Shown here: in pieces, positions 58,444 through 64,000 of the stretch
How positions within the stretch are numbered: position 1 is the first letter of the stretch
How the letters are laid out: each line of letters starts with the position of its first letter
Assembly: GCA_977862235.1 (NCBI GenBank)
Contig: OZ374562.1
Location: 1,674,001-1,738,000 of the forward strand
Source of the DNA: Dudresnaya verticillata
Taxonomy: Eukaryota
Direction of reading: 5' to 3'
DNA length: 64,000 nucleotides
Made by a program: the position numbers and the translations under genes
The notes under the pieces: model-generated
What the model was told of the DNA's origin: nothing
The model's input: only the letters and a program-made list of their open reading frames with translations
The model's database searches: none

Positions 58444-61215
58444 TCAAGGATTTTCTTCCTCGCTCCGACGGGTATGGTTGCTTTGGACAACGTCGGGGAC
58501 TCTGTCAGAATCGTATGACAGATATGCGCTCCTTCCAAGGCTTACCGCACTCGAAGCACCGTTTGTAACGCCCTGTCCACGGTCTATCGCCGCCACGCAC
58601 TTCGTAACAGTACACGCGGAGCTGGTGGATGACATCCTCCGCATTGCGGATGACATGTATGATCTCGGAGAGCCATAATGGTGTGGCTTTGGAATCTTGC
58701 ACATCTCTCGGGTCGGGACTGATGGCCACGAAGGTATTGGGTGTGTAGATCAGGTCTGCGGTCGGCACATCCCAATAGGTCCTGCGCCCTCCCCGTCCAA
58801 AACCTCTTCCTCCACCGCGCCCCCCGGCCCAGGTTTGTATGCACCTTTTAGCTCAAAGCAGTCATCAATGTTCCAGTGCAAAGGCACTTCCCTGTCCCTG
58901 TACAAGTAGTCGCGCAATGCGCGAAGCGACGCCATTTTTGCGGTTGAGTTGATTCGCATCTACTCGGTGCGCAGGCGGTCGTTGACGTTTTTAATGTCAG
59001 GTGGGCTCCTGGCAGGCATATGTGGTGTTTTCTGGATGTCTGGCACAAACAGAATGAACCCTTTCCGGTCCGATATAGTATCCAAAGCAGTGAGGTCATC
59101 GGTGTAATTAACTCGTACTGAACAACCAGTGGCATAACGGGCGTTGGTAGGTGCGGAGCCAAGCACTCTGTTGAACTTGAAGAATCGATAGTGCGAAAAG
59201 GTTTCAACCCTGCCGATACATTGCTCCGACTTGCATAAGCCTGAGACTTTAGCGACGTGCAGTAGCCTGTTCACTACAGGTGGTGGCGTGTAATGACTGT
59301 GACAATTCTGTCAAAAGATCTTCCATAGTCACAGCCTCATTCCCCCGTAGGCGTCTGGATGTACAACTAAAGGCTTGGTCAATGTAGGCATGTGTATGCC
59401 CTATGGGTAAAAAACTGACGTGCACCTCTTTGAATACATCCCACGCCACTAGGCACTCACAGGAGGACATGAAGAATCTGTTTTTGTTCTCGAGTGAACA
59501 GTTGTCCACTTGTACGTGGAGAGTGCCTCGCAACTCTTTCTTGTCCCTTTTGATAATGAGAACTCGGTGCAGTACTTTAATTATGTGGTTTGCACCCGTT
59601 TCGAATTCCGCTATCATCGTGTATAGGTACAACGGCTTGCACGGTCCGCGCTCCAGCACGTCGACGAGCTTTGCCTTCAATACGTGCCCTGTCGTGCTCT
59701 TGGTGGTTTCTGGGAAGTGGGGGAGGCCGCAGGCAGACTGGTCTGCCCCGTCAGTAATTAGCGAACAGCATTTCGCTGGGTACAGTTCAGCCATCTCTAT
59801 CATTTTGCGGTACTCCCTTCTCTCTTTCATAACTAAGTCCAAGTGTTTCCTTCGACGGCAGCGCAGCCCCTTGGTCGCACTGGAGTTAGTACCGGTCTTT
59901 GAAAGGAGGTCACGTATCGTCTCACATTCTATGCACTTTGTAAACTTGAGCACCCTCCGCACCTTGATTCTACGACAGTGTTTCTTCCACGTGTCATAGA
60001 AGTAGCTCGTTACTGCTGTAGTCCGGTTTGGATACACTTTTTTGTGCTCTTCCACATACAATTCATAAACTGCCTTTTTCTTAAAGTAAGGCGAGTGCAA
60101 CTCTTCAACGTATGGCATGAAATTCGCTGTGGATTCTGCCAGACTTTCCAGAAATGGAATGACGACATCTCGATGTTCGGAATGGGCATCTCTCGCTCCA
60201 CATTCGACACCGCTCATCATAATTCTACGGCCGTTTGAAGTGCCCTTCACGGAGGCTTGGAGGTCGCGTGAGAATCCGAATGCACGGTGCAGAAAAACGT
60301 AACACACTGGCTTCCCAGCGAAATAAAACTTGACTGCGTCTCGGTTCAGTAGTGTCTCTAGGTACGCAGCCAATCGTCAGCACCCATGAACAGCACACGT
60401 TGCGCTTCTGCACGGACAAAAACCGGCTCCATGTCGGCGAAGCAGTTGTCAGTACGGCGTTTCATTTTGTTAATCTTATGTGTTTGCAGCTGCCGCAGCT
60501 GCTTCTTGCGCCTGGAGAGGAGATTGCCCTCGTGTCGCGTTCCCTTTTTGCGAGTGCAGCGAGTGTACTTGCGGTTTCCGGTACGGTGACCAACTTCTAT
60601 ACCCGCTTCATCATCGGTGTCTGAATTCCGTTCGGCTTCCGAAGAGTCATCAGCTGACGACCGTCCAGCGTTCTGTTTGTATGTGCATTCTTTTGATGCA
60701 CCTGAATTATTCCCCTAGCTCCTCTTTCTATCATGACCGCGCTTCGTGCCGCTTTCCTCCGCAGAACCACGGACAAGTGTTGAAACTCGTCTTCCTCCGC
60801 TGCTCGTCCGTTCCCTGATCCCCTTCTTTGGGGAGGGTGTAGGTGACGCTTCGCGTTCAATGTTACTCTATGCACCCGCATTATCGGGGCTATACTCGGA
60901 AGGTGCCTCGCCATCCGATCCAGATTGTACCTCTGGTGAGTCTTCCCCTTCTCTAGGAATGCGACGCGTGACAACTGGACAGCGGTACACCCTCGGCGGC
61001 CGGGGTCGCATCTGCGGTTTCTTCTCCGGTGTATGCAGCAACACGTCCCCTTCCTCTGTGTCCGCAATCAATCTCTTTTCCGAACGAGCATGTTCATCAC
61101 TTGAACCGTTACTGTCCCCTGCGCTCGGCGTTTTGCCGGCGTTCTGAGGCGATTTGTTCTTGCCGCCTGCCCCCGTTTCGCGGGGGCCATCGTTTGCCAC
61201 CTTTGTTTTGGGCAT
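58444..61215 (-). pseudogene. Sola-like transposase (core ORF 59249-60373), frameshifted
   Basis: FTKCIECE, ITDGADQS, VQVDNCSLENKN, FLPIGHTHAYIDQAFS motifs. Confidence 0.8.
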
Positions 61216-64000
61216 AGTAGTCTGTTTCTGAGTTGGTAACAGTCTGGATGTCGTGCGAGCATTGTGGTCTGACCTGTGTTCGTACCTAGCCAAGCGCATG
61301 CTGTTGGCATCCCAAGCGTGGAAGCCGTTTCACAGCTGTCCCAGTTTATCGGGCACATCGTCACGACTTTTGTATTGATAAGGATAAAGACTGGACGCAA
61401 AGCGCTCCTGAATACATACCTTGTGAATCACCACTAGCAATTCGCCTCTCTTCTGCTGCTGTGACAGTTTGTGATTGTGCAGCACCACGCAATACTTGCC
61501 GGAACTGTGTGCTCTTTGCGGCGTCGTTGGCTTGAATAGTTCAGCATGGCCCACCTCCTCGTCCCTCACGAGCAATGCTACATCACCTTGTTTTGACCCC
61601 CCGGCATGGCTGTATTCACGATTAGATATTACCACCCGCTGGAAAAAGAATCTGGGTAAGTACCAGGATGGCGTCGTCAAGACGTTTACTTCGGGAGAGA
61701 TTGGTGCGGAGTGTTGCAGCAGATTGAGAAGCCCCAAAGACAGCGGGCGAGGAAACCGGTCGCTGCCCAGGACAAGTTCACGGTGTCGTGCCTCTTGCGC
61801 GGCGTCTTGTAATGCCTCTCGGAGAGGCCTTGTTACGGGTAAGGCGAGGGCCAGGCGACGAAGGGCGAGGTAGCGGAAGCTGCTCAGGAGTCATTCACGG
61901 CTCTGTAACTCTTTCGTTATTTCTCGGAATGGAGCCTCGGTATGGTATGCATTAGTTTGCAGTGATGATGGGTCTCAACGTTTTGTAGTGTTTCCAGGAA
62001 TGGAGTCTCCGTATGGTATACAGTGATTATGCAGTGATTATGGGGCTCAGAGCTGAATTCGAACTCACGTGTTACAGTATTAGCTTCTCTCAGTGTAGAA
62101 AAAGGCCCCCAATGTGCACATTGGCGACCATGGTCGCTTGGAAGCAAGGTGGCGGTTCTTTCGCGCGAACAGAATCCTGCTTGAGGAGATGTGTGATTTG
62201 GAGCCAGTCGAATGGTAATGCGATACTGAGATATGACATGTCACAGTAATGATTGGCAGAGAAAAAGGCATGTGAGGAGATATGATATCAGATCTACCAG
62301 GCGCAGCGCCACAAGTTGAGATGCTACACAGAGATCGCCGCTGTCGACAGCCGCAGTACATTTGCGGCGAACGTCTCGACGCATTGCTGACTTGTGTACT
62401 GACGAAGCTTCCCGTCTCATCGCGCTCCCTACAAGAAGCTCTAGTGCATGCCGCTGCGCTTCTCTTGCCAGCTGCTTCCGAGTTACCCCTCTACGCTCGA
62501 CCTCTACACCGTGCACCGTCACTGAGCGCGCGTCAAGTTCGCGAGCCGCAATGCACTGCTGCTGTAAGTTCCTCATTAACTCTCGCAACGACCTTCGCAC
62601 GTTTTTTCTCCTATTCCAGCTTACGAACAATGCCCTTTCAGCTCTATTCATGTGGCTTGCACTTTTTGCTACGAGTTACTTCCGTTATGGAGCGAAGAAT
62701 GGGATCATAGCAACGATTTACTGGCCCTAAATGACGGATCACCAACTCGCTCTGACAACTCTTTCGATAAACGGGCTATGGAAGTGCACTAAATACCAAG
62801 TGAGAGTGATGCAGAGACACCAATGTTTCCAGTACCAGAACCGGTACCGGCAATGATTTATACCATTCCCCTCTTGGTATGCGGTTCACTGGCCTTTCTT
62901 AAGGTTGAAGGTTGTATCAGTGGTCAGTGCTTGGCATTGCCTCAGAGATTAGTTCCGATGAAGGGCCGAAGACTTGGTTACTTATCTTGCGAATGGGTAT
63001 TATTTCGAAGCGGAACTCACCAGCACCTCTGGCCACACCCTTTCGGCTCACCAATCCGTTACATATTAGGTCTGCAGTAACTAAGAAGATCGTTTCTGAT
63101 GCTTGCTGATTCTCGAAGTATATCAGTGGAGCGGGCCTTGGAACTCCCCATGCTGAATGCACCGATCTTAAAAAAGCATTACGAACTTCAGGCAGCACGA
63201 CGGAAGGAACGACGGCCATTAACAGAGAAAAAATAGGCGCCGCCGCAACGGCTTCAGCTGGATTGGTATACAAGCAGACGTCGCCGTCCCAAGAGAGTTT
63301 TTGCCTTCCACCATCGATACATAGAGCTACCGCTCCAGTAATAGTCTCCAGGGCGGACCTTGGCAACAGAGCATCGCCTCACCCTCCTTTTATCAATGCT
63401 GAAGACATTCGCATCCATCCTGCGACAGACCGAGTAGCCTTCTTCCGTCATCATCTGACCAACACGTCAATATCAAAAATGCGTTGATCTACAGTTCGTT
63501 GTGTGTGTGGCGGTGTGGCTGCGCAGGGTTGGGTGGGGGTGGGGGCGTGTAGCGACAGAGCAAGGTGGGGTGGGTGGGCGTGAAGCGACTGCGCAAGGTG
63601 GGCTGGGGGGCGTTTAGTGACCGTGGCGGTGCGGTTGACGGGGCCTGGTGTTGTGGCTGCGCTGGGGAATTGAGGGCCTCGGGCGACGTGAGTCCTGGGG
63701 CCCTTCGCTGCAGTCAGCAGCGAGTGGCTTGCCGGGCGGGGCCCGTTGACATGCGGGTCCAGTGCCAAATTACGGCAGGTCGGGCCTGGCCCGCAGGCCA
63801 TTGGCGGGGCCCGGGGCAATTTCTGAGAAATATTTCCGGAAATTTTCAGAAGAAATTCGGGGCAGTTCAGGGGCGCATTTAGCTGTGTGCGGACGACTAT
63901 AACTTCGGAACGGCTAGGCTTTAGAGCCAGCGGTTTCCACCGTTGTTCCCACGTCGTTCTCGCCTGTCGAATGCATGTAGGAAACGAGGGTTTTTTGATT

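Larger units (their letters stand above)
54289..64000 (-). mobile_element. Long-TIR Sola-like DNA transposon with cargo (right end outside the window)
   Basis: 54329-54574 is an inverted repeat of 63754-64000; truncates the Gypsy integrase; DDE/D transposase inside. Confidence 0.8.

Overview
This is eukaryotic, transposon-saturated sequence. The near-intronless ORFs and TE repertoire suggest an alga such as a florideophyte red alga, but that is inference only. Host-like genes are few: tRNA-Val(CAC), a 717-aa membrane-protein ORF and an F-box-like ORF. The rest comprises elements from about eight TE groups. (1) Four 3'-end copies of one RLE-endonuclease non-LTR family with (TC)n tails. (2) A full-length Copia element (4213-9021) with identical 270-bp LTRs and TSD AGAGC. 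(3) Gypsy relics. (4) A ~25.6-kb Mutator-like element (19288-44928) with ~187-bp TIRs, MULE transposase+SWIM, Ulp1-like protease and an RGG/NRGGY-rich cargo gene. (5) A 15.5-kb multi-gene CACTA element (22081-37539, 2-bp TSD AG) nested inside that cargo gene; it carries a solo LTR (TSD AAATC) and several unassigned ORFs. (6-7) A PIF/Harbinger element (45240-50820) hosting a second copy of that LTR and a DIRS-type RT relic. (8) A long-TIR, ~9.7-kb Sola-like DNA transposon with cargo that runs off the right edge. The best candidates for a novel system are the large cargo-bearing DNA transposons and their uncharacterised accessory genes. All calls were made by eye; no searches were run.
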